NCBI GenBank assembly: GCA_964591795.1
Contig: CAZQEL010000004.1
Location: 16,805-48,804, forward strand
Reading direction: 5' to 3'
Source of the DNA: an uncultured archaeon
GTDB lineage: Archaea; Iainarchaeota; Iainarchaeia; Iainarchaeales; CSSED10-239
DNA length: 32,000 bases
The notes beneath the pieces were generated by a model. That model was not told the DNA's origin. It did not search any database and was given only the letters and a program-made list of their open reading frames with translations. This document shows positions 15,703-24,191 of the stretch, piece by piece. The stretch's first letter is position 1. Every line of letters starts with the position of its first letter. Position numbers and translations under genes: made by a program.

Positions 15703-17868
15703 ATGGTTGAAAAAATAGTTCTTACTGTTAAAGAAACAGACATTAAAGATGCACTTAAAGGCATTGCAAAGATAGACCCAATTGTTTTCGATAAAATGAA
15801 ATTGGCTATTGGGAATGTTATTCTAATTGAAGGAACTAAAAAAGCACTAGCTTACGCAACTCGTGGTGCAGAAAAAGATGCTGGTTTAAATCAAATTAAA
15901 ATTGATGGAATTGTAAGATTTAATTCAGGTGGAACTATTGATAACGCTGTTTTTATTGAAAAAACAGAAGTACTTGCTTGTGAATCAATAAACTTAGCTC
16001 CAATTATTGACAAAAATAAAAAAATCAATCTTACAAAAGATGTTGAAAGTGTTATTAAAGAAAAATTACTTAATTTAAATATTATGGAAAAAAATATTGT
16101 AAAAATTCCTGGCCTTCCTATTCTTACTGATGATGGTTACAGAGATCTACAATTAATTGTAAATAAAACAATTCCTAAAAAAGCAGTTAGGATAACTGAA
16201 AAAACAAAAATTATTGTGTCAGATAAAACTGAAGAATCTAAAACCCCATCCATGACTTATGATGATATTGGTGGACTTAAAAAAGAAATTGAAGCCATAC
16301 GTGAAATGGTAGAACTTCCTATTAAAAGACCAGAAATTTTTAAAAAATTAGGTATATCTCCACCTAAAGGTGTTTTATTATATGGACCACCAGGAACAGG
16401 AAAAACTTTACTTGCAAAAGCTGTTGCTGCAGAAACAGATGCTAAATTCATTACAATTAATGGACCAGAAATAATAACTGCACAGGTAGGTAAGTCAGAA
16501 GAAAATTTAAGAAATATTTTTAAAGATGCAGAAGAAAATACACCAGCAATCATTTTTATTGATGAGATTGATGCAATTGCTCCAAAGCGAAATCTTTCGC
16601 ATACATCTGACTTTAATAAATCTTTATTAGCACAATTATTAACTTTAATGGATGGATTAAACGCAAGAGGGCAAGTAGTAGTTATTGCAGCAACAAACAT
16701 TCCAGATTCAATAGATATGGCTTTACGAAGACCAGGAAGATTTGACAGAGAACTTGAAATTAATGTTCCTGATAAAGAATCTAGAAGAGAAATTTTATTA
16801 GTACATACTAGAAGTATGCCTATTAAAGATTTAAATGTTAATGAAATTTTAAAATCTACAAATGGTTTTTCTGGTGCAGATATCTCTGCACTTTGTAAAG
16901 AAGCAGCCTTAAAAGCAATAAAAAGATTAATGCCTATAATTAATAAAACAACTGATAATCAATTACCAATAGAAATTATAGATCAATTAATTATAATTAA
17001 TCAAGATTTCTTGGACGCTTTAAACATTGTTGAACCATCTGCATTAAGAGAAGTACAGGTACAAGTTCCAACAACTACATGGAATGATATTGGTGGACTT
17101 GAAGAACCAAAACAAAAATTAAAAGAAATGATTGAATGGCCTTTTAAATATCCAGAAAAATTCAAACAAATAAACATTGCACCACCAGCTGGAGTAATTC
17201 TTTATGGACCACCAGGAACTGGAAAGACTTTAATTGCAAAAGCAATTGCTAACGAAAGTAAATCTAATTTTATTTCATTAGAAACATCAGAAATAAAACA
17301 AAATTTACAAGGGGATAGTGAAAAAAAAATAAAGAATATTTTTAAAAAAGCAAGACAACTTGCTCCATCAATAATATTCTTTGATGAAATCGATGCAATT
17401 ACTGGACAAAGAAAAAATGAAAATTCAAACTCAGATTATAATAATAGCATAGTTTCTCAATTGTTAACTGAAATGGATGGAGTTTCAAAATTAAAAGATA
17501 TAGTAATTATTGGAGCAACAAATAGAATTGATATAATTGACCCTGCATTTTTAAGACCAGGTAGATTTGATTTAAAATTAAAAATACCATTACCAGATAT
17601 TAATACAAGAATAAAAATATTTGAAGTATATCTTTCAAAAATAAAGAATGATGGTAAAATAGATGTTAACCAACTTGCAAAAGAAACAGATGGATTTTCA
17701 GGAGCTGACATTGAAGGTATATTAAGAGAAGCTGGAATGATCGTATTAAGAGAAAATATATTAGGAAAAGGAACTACTATTTTAATTAATGAAGCTAATG
17801 TAAAACAAGCTATTAAAAATACAGAAAAATATAAAAAACAAAACAAAAAACAAAAAGGATCTTATTAA
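15703..17868 (+). CDS. cdc48: Cdc48/VCP-type AAA+ ATPase (two AAA domains plus a Cdc48 N-domain)
   Basis: Walker A GPPGTGKT occurs twice, with Walker B IIFIDEIDAI and IIFFDEIDAI. Second region of homology motifs PGRFDRE and PGRFDLK are present. The N-terminal double-psi-barrel-like domain includes LKGIAKIDP...GNVILIEG. Confidence 0.92.
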   Translation: MVEKIVLTVKETDIKDALKGIAKIDPIVFDKMKLAIGNVILIEGTKKALAYATRGAEKDAGLNQIKIDGIVRFNSGGTIDNAVFIEKTEVLACESINLAPIIDKNKKINLTKDVESVIKEKLLNLNIMEKNIVKIPGLPILTDDGYRDLQLIVNKTIPKKAVRITEKTKIIVSDKTEESKTPSMTYDDIGGLKKEIEAIREMVELPIKRPEIFKKLGISPPKGVLLYGPPGTGKTLLAKAVAAETDAKFITINGPEIITAQVGKSEENLRNIFKDAEENTPAIIFIDEIDAIAPKRNLSHTSDFNKSLLAQLLTLMDGLNARGQVVVIAATNIPDSIDMALRRPGRFDRELEINVPDKESRREILLVHTRSMPIKDLNVNEILKSTNGFSGADISALCKEAALKAIKRLMPIINKTTDNQLPIEIIDQLIIINQDFLDALNIVEPSALREVQVQVPTTTWNDIGGLEEPKQKLKEMIEWPFKYPEKFKQINIAPPAGVILYGPPGTGKTLIAKAIANESKSNFISLETSEIKQNLQGDSEKKIKNIFKKARQLAPSIIFFDEIDAITGQRKNENSNSDYNNSIVSQLLTEMDGVSKLKDIVIIGATNRIDIIDPAFLRPGRFDLKLKIPLPDINTRIKIFEVYLSKIKNDGKIDVNQLAKETDGFSGADIEGILREAGMIVLRENILGKGTTILINEANVKQAIKNTEKYKKQNKKQKGSY

Positions 17869-17882
17869 AAAAAATAATTTAA

Positions 17883-18320
17883 TTATTGACCAGAAGAACC
17901 AAAACCTTTTTCTCCTCTAGAGGTATCATCAAGATTTTTAACTTCTTTAATTTCTGATTTAAAAATAACAGTAGGAATCATTTGAGCAATTTTGTCGCCT
18001 TTTGAAATTTCAAAATTTTCTTTTGATGAATTAAAAAGACAAATCATAATTTCTCCTCTATAACCAATATCTATAACACCTGCAAAAACATCAACACCTT
18101 TTTTTACTGAAAGACCTGACCTAGGAGCTATTCTTAAATAAGATGTGAATTGATTTGATTCTGGAGCATTCATAGCTAAAGAAATTCCTGTTTTTACAAC
18201 CCGCCTTTCCATAGCAGGAATAATTACTGATTCAGATGAAAATAAATCATAACCAGCATCATTAACGTGTGCTTTTTCTGGAACCTTAGCATCTTCATTT
18301 AATTTTTTTACACATATCAT
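17883..18320 (-). CDS. dut: dUTP diphosphatase (trimeric dUTPase)
   Basis: The five dUTPase motifs are recognisable: DAGYDL, PRSG, GVIDIGYRGE and C-terminal RGEKGFGSSG. AGAGGT lies upstream of the ATG, 23 nt after the nrdJ stop. Confidence 0.9.
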   Translation of the reverse strand: MICVKKLNEDAKVPEKAHVNDAGYDLFSSESVIIPAMERRVVKTGISLAMNAPESNQFTSYLRIAPRSGLSVKKGVDVFAGVIDIGYRGEIMICLFNSSKENFEISKGDKIAQMIPTVIFKSEIKEVKNLDDTSRGEKGFGSSGQ

Positions 18321-18343
18321 TTATTTTCAACCTCTTTAAACTT

Positions 18344-20950
18344 TTAATGTTTCATATCACAAGAACCTTTAAAGCCACAACCAGCAGAACACTCTGTACA
18401 ACCACCAAGTTTAATCATAACACCAGTTTTACAATTAGGACAAGTTTGACCTGCTTCTGAACCATAAACTACTAATTTATCTTGTGCTTTTATTTCATAA
18501 TCATTATTTGTTCTTGTTGATTTTTTTGTTTTTTCATCATTTTTTCTTTTTATTGCATCTTCATTTATTTGTTCTTGTTTTTTATTTGTAGATAAAACTT
18601 GTTCATCTCTAGATGAATCTCTATAGATTGTAACACCTTTACAACCTAAATCATAAGCTTTCATATAAAGTTCTTCTGTTTGTTCAACAGTAAAGTTTGC
18701 AGGAACGTTTGCGGTTTTACTTATTGATGAATCAGTCCATTTTTGAATAGCTGCTTGTACATTTATGTGATCATCAGGAGATAACTCCATTGCAGAAACA
18801 AAATATTTTGGAAGTTTATCATCTTTATAATATGCTTGCGCAATAGGAGCATGTACTTCGTGGAAACCAAGTCTTGATTGCCTATAATATTTAAATGCAA
18901 AATATGGTTCTATACCTGTTGATGTTCCTATCATAGTTCCAGTTGACCCTGTAGGTGCTTGTGTAGTTAAAGCGATATTACGTATACCTTTTTCTTTAAT
19001 TTTTTCTTGAACTTCAAGTGGAAGTTCTTTTATAAATTTACTATTAAGATATTTTTCTTTATCAAACTTTGGAAAAAAACCTTTTTCTTCAGCAAGAAGT
19101 GCTGAAGTAGTATACATTTCACAAGTAATTAATTTATATAATTTATCAATAAATACTAAACTTTCTTGTGATCCATATGTAATTCTAAGTTTAATTAATA
19201 ATTCAGCTAAACCTAATGTTCCTCCACCTATTCTTCTTTCTGATTTTTGAACTTTTTCATTTTGTTCAAAGAAATAAGGTGTAAGATCGATTATATTATC
19301 TAAAAACCTAGTTAATACTTTTGCAGATTTTTTTAATTTATCCCAATTAAATTCATATATTGGGCCTACTTTATCATCACCTATTTTTTCAGCAAAAGAT
19401 GCTAAATATAAATGTCCAAGATTACATACACCCCATGCTGGTAATCCTTGTTCACCACAAGGATTTGTTGCAATTATTTTATTATAATAATAACTATTAC
19501 TCATTTTATTATATCTTTCCATAAAAACAACACCAGGTTCAGCTGATTTCCACGCAGAATTAATTATTTTTCTCCAAAGATCTTTTGCTTTTACTTTATC
19601 ATAAATTTTTGTAGGATAGCCTTTTTCTTTCCAAGCTTTTAAATCTCCATCCCACTCTTTATCATACACTTCAGAATAAGTTACATTTTCATAATCTGGA
19701 AATTCTAAAAACCAATCCTCATCATTTTTTACAGCTTCCATAAAAACATCAGAAACTTTAACTGATATATTAGCATGTTCTAAAATACCTGATTTTATTT
19801 TTGCATTAACAAATGAATAAATATCTGGATGCCAATCATCAAGCATAAGCATAAGCGCACCTCTTCTAGATCCTCCTTGTTCAATTAATCCTGTTAAAAA
19901 AGAATATAATCCACCCCAGGATACTGCTCCAGAAGATCTACCATGAACACCACGCACATAAGCATAAGCTGGTCTTAAACTTGAAAGTGACATACCAACA
20001 CCACCACCTCTAGAAAAAATTTCAACCATGTAATGTGCTGCTTCTTTAATAATTGAACTTCTAGAATCTTGTGGTGATGGAATAACATAACAATTATATA
20101 AAGTTAGATTTGAAGTATATCCAAGTTCATCAACTGATGCTCCAGAAAGAATTCTTCCACCTGGAGAAATATGATTATTTTTTAATTGTTCATAAAATTC
20201 ATCAAACCATTTATTTCTAGACAATTCATCTTTTTCTACTTTTGCAACTGCTTTAGCTACTCTTTTATATGTATCAAATACGGATTCATTTGGTTTCTCA
20301 CATTTACTTTGATTTTGAACAAATTCAAAATTATAAAATTCATCAGCATAAATTCCTGTAATCATATAAAGATATACTTTGTTATTTTCTAAATTTTTAA
20401 CAATTCCAATATCTTTCTTAGGATATTTTTCATCATCTTTTGTAATTGTGATAATTAAATCTCCAATTTCAATTTCATCTCTCTTTGTTTTTATAGAATA
20501 TCTATCTAAAAAAATTATTAAACCAAGATCTTTAAACACAGCTGAATTATTTATTACATTTATTGCTTGTTTTGATAAATTTATATTATTATTTTTTAAT
20601 TTAACAACTATTTCAGTATCAATTACTTCTTCTTTACTTTCTCTTAATTTTCTTTTTTCTTCTCTGTATAATATAAATGATTTTGCTACATTTGTTATTT
20701 CAGATGCAATTAACACATATTCTATAGCATCAGATACATCTTCTACAGATGGAACTTTATTTATAAATTTAGATTCTAAAACTAAAATTATTTTTTCAAC
20801 CAAAGTTTCTAAAAAAACCTCGTCTACTTCATCAACAGACTTCATTGCTTTTAATATAGCACTTTGAATTTTTAATTTATTAAAATCAACTATTTCACCG
20901 GTTCTTTTTTTTACTTGAGTTATTTTTTTAATTTTTAGAATCATGTTCAT
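18344..20950 (-). CDS. nrdJ: Ribonucleotide reductase, class II (adenosylcobalamin-dependent) with an N-terminal ATP-cone and a C-terminal Cys-rich Zn ribbon
   Basis: The ATP-cone is VKKRTGEIVDFNKLKIQSAILKA and the active-site motif is TNPCGEQGLP. It has a single large chain with no adjacent R2 or activase gene. The C-terminus is CPNCKTG..GGCTECSAGCGFKGSCD. The flanking cobalamin adenosyltransferase supports class II. Confidence 0.85.
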   Translation of the reverse strand: MNMILKIKKITQVKKRTGEIVDFNKLKIQSAILKAMKSVDEVDEVFLETLVEKIILVLESKFINKVPSVEDVSDAIEYVLIASEITNVAKSFILYREEKRKLRESKEEVIDTEIVVKLKNNNINLSKQAINVINNSAVFKDLGLIIFLDRYSIKTKRDEIEIGDLIITITKDDEKYPKKDIGIVKNLENNKVYLYMITGIYADEFYNFEFVQNQSKCEKPNESVFDTYKRVAKAVAKVEKDELSRNKWFDEFYEQLKNNHISPGGRILSGASVDELGYTSNLTLYNCYVIPSPQDSRSSIIKEAAHYMVEIFSRGGGVGMSLSSLRPAYAYVRGVHGRSSGAVSWGGLYSFLTGLIEQGGSRRGALMLMLDDWHPDIYSFVNAKIKSGILEHANISVKVSDVFMEAVKNDEDWFLEFPDYENVTYSEVYDKEWDGDLKAWKEKGYPTKIYDKVKAKDLWRKIINSAWKSAEPGVVFMERYNKMSNSYYYNKIIATNPCGEQGLPAWGVCNLGHLYLASFAEKIGDDKVGPIYEFNWDKLKKSAKVLTRFLDNIIDLTPYFFEQNEKVQKSERRIGGGTLGLAELLIKLRITYGSQESLVFIDKLYKLITCEMYTTSALLAEEKGFFPKFDKEKYLNSKFIKELPLEVQEKIKEKGIRNIALTTQAPTGSTGTMIGTSTGIEPYFAFKYYRQSRLGFHEVHAPIAQAYYKDDKLPKYFVSAMELSPDDHINVQAAIQKWTDSSISKTANVPANFTVEQTEELYMKAYDLGCKGVTIYRDSSRDEQVLSTNKKQEQINEDAIKRKNDEKTKKSTRTNNDYEIKAQDKLVVYGSEAGQTCPNCKTGVMIKLGGCTECSAGCGFKGSCDMKH

Positions 20951-20974
20951 ATGTAATGCACCTTTTGTTCTTTT

Positions 20975-21493
20975 TTAATATTCAATTCCTTTCCTTGCTA
21001 AAGTTTTTTTAAAATAATGTTTTATTTCTTTCATTTCAGTAATTAAATCTGCAAGACTACTTATTTCTTCATTTAAATATCTTCCAGTAATTATTAGTTC
21101 AATTTTTTTAGTTTTACAAATTTTAATTATTTCTTTGAGTTTATCTAATTTTATTAAATTATAATATAATACTAAATTAAATTCATCTAAAATCAACAAA
21201 TCAATTTTTTTATTTTTTAAAATATTATCTAAATATATAATTCCTTTTTCAATTTGAATGAAATGTTCTTTTTTTATATTATTATTAATTATAAATTCTT
21301 TAATTCCAAATTTTTTAAAACAAATATTTGGAATTTTAGTTAAAATTTTTTGTTCACCTGTTATTTGTGCTTTTAAAAATTGCACAAAATACACATTTCT
21401 ACCAGTTCCGGCACACCTTATGGCTTGCCCTATAGCAGAAGTTGTTTTTCCCTTACCGTTTCCAGTATAAATATGAAATTTACCATAATTCAT
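20975..21493 (-). CDS. cobO: Cob(I)alamin adenosyltransferase (CobA/CobO/BtuR family)
   Basis: The family-typical P-loop and following segment read YTGNGKGKTTSAIGQAIRCAGTGRNVYFVQFLK..TGE and LLILDEFN. The ORF-track start at 21514 is TTG; the ATG at 21493 (MNYGKFHIYTG) is preceded by AAGGGG. Confidence 0.8.
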   Translation of the reverse strand: MNYGKFHIYTGNGKGKTTSAIGQAIRCAGTGRNVYFVQFLKAQITGEQKILTKIPNICFKKFGIKEFIINNNIKKEHFIQIEKGIIYLDNILKNKKIDLLILDEFNLVLYYNLIKLDKLKEIIKICKTKKIELIITGRYLNEEISSLADLITEMKEIKHYFKKTLARKGIEY

Positions 21494-21705
21494 TTTTAAA
21501 AACCCCTTTTTCAAAAAATGAAAAGTTCTGAAAATATAATAGTAGATTTTGTTTTTATAGTGTTTGGTTTAAAATACAAATTAATAGTTTTATTTTATTT
21601 TAAATATGAATAAATGATATACATTAGCCTATTGAAAAAACCATAAAATACCAAAAAGAATATATATTTATCCACATAAACATAATATAAGTGATATTAT
21701 ACTGA

Positions 21706-22032
21706 ATAAATATAAAAGATAATTTAATTAAACCTGCAAAACATTCAATAATATACGATGATTTATATTTATATGCGTGTCTTGCAAAATATCCTATAAC
21801 AAAAGGACATACTATTATTGTTTGGAAAAAAATAGTAAAAGATTTAAATTTGTTAAATAAAAAAGAATATGATTATTTAATGGATAAAGTAGATGAAGTT
21901 AATCATGTTCATTGGCATTTAGTTCCAAGATATAACAAAAAAGGATTTGATGTATTTGCTCATACTCCAAAAAAAAATAGTGACTTTTCATTAGTTAACA
22001 AAATACAAAAAAAATTAATTTTAAAAATTTAA
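21706..22032 (+). pseudogene. Degenerate HIT-family (histidine triad) gene
   Basis: The frame is open from 21706: INIKDNLIKPAKHSIIYDDLYLYACLAKYPITKGHTIIVWKK...VNHVHWHLVPRY. The HIT N-terminal half and the HxHxHxx triad are recognisable. There is no ATG, only an internal TTG at 21850. An in-frame TGA sits at 21703 after a GTG. About 25 aa appear missing between the GHT and NHVH segments compared with typical ~130-aa archaeal HIT proteins. The stop lies 1 nt before the xer ATG. Confidence 0.5.
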
Positions 22033-22033
22033 T

Positions 22034-22888
22034 ATGATAGAAATTAGTAAAAACACAAAATTAATCAATAAATTCAAAAATGAATTAAATATAGAAGGAT
22101 ATAGTGCTAAAACAATAGAAACTTATTCAATGTATATAAATTTATTTAATAGATACATAAAAAAAGATTTGATAATGGTAGTAAATGATGATATCATAGA
22201 TTATTTATCATATTTAAAAATAAATAAAAAAGTTAAGAGTACTACAATAAATTTAGTTCTTTCAGCAATAAAGCACTTTTATGGTCAATTTTTAAAAAAA
22301 GATTTAGATTTAAATATAAAATTACCTAAAAAAGCTAAAAAAATACCAATGGTACTTACAACTAAGGAAATTAAAGAATTAATTAAGGCAACTAAAAACA
22401 CACGAAACCGCCTAATAATTGAATTTATTTTTTCAACAGGTGTTAGAATATCAGAGTGTATGTCTATGAAAATTAACGACTTAGACTTTAATGAATATAC
22501 TGGTAAGGTTGTATCTGGTAAAGGGAATAAAGATAGGTTAATTATACTTTCTAAAAAATGGGTTGGTAATTATAATAAATATTTAGACAATAGAAATAAA
22601 GATGTTAATTCAGAATATTTATTTTGTAATAGTCAAGGAAATCAATTATCAGTAGATACTGTTCAAAAATTTTTAAAAATATCAGCAAAAACAGCTAATA
22701 TTACAAAAAACGTATCTCCTCATACATTAAGACATTCTTTTGCAACTAGTTTACTTGAAAATGATGTTAATATAAGATATATTCAACAACTTCTTGGTCA
22801 TACTAATTTAAACACAACACAAATATATACAAAAGTAAATACTAATAAATTAAAAATAATTATAAATCCATTAGATAATATTGATTAA
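22034..22888 (+). CDS. xerA: Tyrosine recombinase, XerA/XerCD-like
   Basis: An N-terminal SAM-like core-binding domain is followed by the catalytic signature STGVRISE ... HTLRHSFATSLLENDVNIRYIQQLLGHTNLNTTQIYTKV (R..HxxR..H..Y). The 284-aa length is typical of archaeal XerA. A role as the integrase or invertase of the adjacent accessory DNA cannot be excluded. Confidence 0.85.
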   Translation: MIEISKNTKLINKFKNELNIEGYSAKTIETYSMYINLFNRYIKKDLIMVVNDDIIDYLSYLKINKKVKSTTINLVLSAIKHFYGQFLKKDLDLNIKLPKKAKKIPMVLTTKEIKELIKATKNTRNRLIIEFIFSTGVRISECMSMKINDLDFNEYTGKVVSGKGNKDRLIILSKKWVGNYNKYLDNRNKDVNSEYLFCNSQGNQLSVDTVQKFLKISAKTANITKNVSPHTLRHSFATSLLENDVNIRYIQQLLGHTNLNTTQIYTKVNTNKLKIIINPLDNID

Positions 22889-22892
22889 ATAC

Positions 22893-22922
22893 TATAGGAA
22901 GGATGACCCCACACTTCCTGTA
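22893..22922 (+). terminator. GC-rich stem-loop followed by a T-rich tract just downstream of xer
   Basis: TATAGGAAG (22893-22901) pairs with CTTCCTGTA (22914-22922) in a 9-bp stem that includes one G-U pair. The 12-nt loop is GATGACCCCACA. Downstream comes ...ATTATTATTATTTTTATTTTATTTT. The 3' arm is also the left copy of a long-range inverted repeat (see findings). Confidence 0.4.
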
Positions 22923-23080
22923 CTAATTATTATTATTTTTATTTTATTTTAAAAAATAATCTTATTTGAAAAATAAACTAAATAACTACAATAAATAACA
23001 TAAATAAAATAAAAAGATATATAAATCTTTTGTATAACATTATATTATAAAATTAAATTTATTTTTTTGGAGGAATTAAA

Positions 23081-23443
23081 ATGACAACAAGAATATCAAA
23101 ATTATTTGGTATGGATATATATCAAACAGACGCTACTTATAGAGGAAAAGTTCATGATCTTATTGTAAATATTGAACAAGGTGTTATAGAAACTATAACA
23201 ACTCAACCTTTAAAGGTTAATTCTAAGTTAGAAGCTAAAAAAATTATTACTGAACATAGTATTCCTTATAACAAAGTAATATCTTCAGATGATATTATTT
23301 TAATTAATGCCGGTAATGTTCCTATAAAACAAGAACAAAAAAGAATATCTGAAGAAAAACATACAAATACAGGTAAAAGTAAAGATGCTAGTATTAGAAA
23401 AAAATATATAGGTTATAAAAGTAAATACGCTGCAAGAAAATAG
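23081..23443 (+). CDS. PRC-barrel domain protein with a Lys/Tyr-rich basic tail
   Basis: ISKLFGMDIYQTDATYRGKVHDLIVNIEQGVIETI fits the archaeal PRC-barrel pattern (G-x-x-V/I-Y..G..-G-x-V-x-D-hhh-D...G-x-I). A strong SD (TGGAGGA) lies 8 nt upstream of the ATG. The tail is RKKYIGYKSKYAARK. Several oligo-T runs follow the stop. Confidence 0.65.
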   Translation: MTTRISKLFGMDIYQTDATYRGKVHDLIVNIEQGVIETITTQPLKVNSKLEAKKIITEHSIPYNKVISSDDIILINAGNVPIKQEQKRISEEKHTNTGKSKDASIRKKYIGYKSKYAARK

Positions 23444-23485
23444 TATTTTTTATTTTTTTTTAATATTTTTCTATTTTTTTATAAG

Positions 23486-23538
23486 TATATATATATAAAC
23501 ATATACATATATTATATATATATATTATATATATACAT
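23486..23538. repeat. Imperfect (TA)n / TATATA-rich low-complexity tract
   Basis: The sequence is TATATATATATAAACATATACATATATTATATATATATATTATATATATACAT. It lies between the PRC-barrel gene terminator and the next gene and contains multiple overlapping TATA-box-like sequences. Confidence 0.7.
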
Positions 23539-23584
23539 AAAATAAGTTTTAATAATAAAATTATTTTATTACAGGAAGTACGGG

Positions 23585-24187
23585 GTGTCTCTCTTGACTA
23601 AAATTAAATCAAGCTATATTAAATATAAATTTATTTTTAAAGATAATATTAATAGATCTTCCTATCTTTATCAAAAAGTATTTAGATCAATTTATGGTTA
23701 TCAACAAAATGTAACTAAAAAAGGTAATAAACCATATTTATATATTAGAAAAGGAATATTAACAGATATACCTCATTATAAACCAGGTAGAAATGCAGTT
23801 GTAGTACCTAAAGGGTATGAACAAAAATTAATAGAATATTTTACAACTGGTATTAATCCAGCACATAATTGGAAAACAAAAGGTGATTGGGAAGTAAAAT
23901 ATACTGTTGATGAAATTGAATTAGATATTAATAATATTATAAAAATATTAGAAGATTTTATATATAATTATAAAATAATTAATTTAAATAATAAAGAAAT
24001 TAGTTTGTTTTTAGAATTAAATTATTTAGTTGAAAATAATATTATGGATAAAAACTATTTAACTAATATTATTAAGATATCAGATAATATAATTAATTTT
24101 GAATGGTTTAAAGAAACTAAAGAACAATCAGAAAAATTAACTAGTTTTTATAGTAATTATCAAAAAATAAAGCAAAAATTACAGTAA
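23585..24187 (+). CDS. Hypothetical protein (about 197-200 aa), no recognised family
   Basis: The ORF-track start is GTG at 23585. TTG at 23594 is better placed, 6 nt after GGGGTG. The N-terminal ~90 aa show an alternating beta-alpha pattern (YKFIFKD / SSYLYQKVFRSIYGY / KPYLYIRKGIL / NAVVVPKG / YEQKLIEYF). The C-terminal half is Asn/Ile-rich and helical. Confidence 0.55.
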   Translation: MSLLTKIKSSYIKYKFIFKDNINRSSYLYQKVFRSIYGYQQNVTKKGNKPYLYIRKGILTDIPHYKPGRNAVVVPKGYEQKLIEYFTTGINPAHNWKTKGDWEVKYTVDEIELDINNIIKILEDFIYNYKIINLNNKEISLFLELNYLVENNIMDKNYLTNIIKISDNIINFEWFKETKEQSEKLTSFYSNYQKIKQKLQ

Positions 24188-24191
24188 TTAC

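Noticed and set aside
11771-17846. Minus-strand ORFs inside mtaB, lrp, topA and cdc48 (11771..12097, 13170..13445, 13948..14214, 15241..15435, 15279..15554, 16257..16700, 17457..17846)
   Set aside because: Each is fully nested antisense in a gene with clear family motifs. None has its own intergenic space, and their products are low-complexity Phe/Leu/Ile/Ser strings.
18344-20950. Intein in nrdJ (also considered for rfcS, topA and cdc48)
   Set aside because: Protein lengths are normal for their families, and the conserved motifs are contiguous with no large insertion or intein block signatures.
20186-21470. Plus-strand ORFs 20186..20392, 20379..20867 and 21258..21470; the same reasoning covers 25736..25927 and 30622..30828
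   Set aside because: They are antisense to nrdJ, cobO, tfe and mutL respectively and are judged to be shadow ORFs.
21691-21705. TGA recoding to rescue the HIT gene (GTG ATA TTA TAC TGA then the open HIT frame)
   Set aside because: TGA clearly terminates other well-supported genes here, for example the TadB-like gene at 6178-6180 and the OB-fold gene at 764-766. A reassigned TGA is therefore unlikely.
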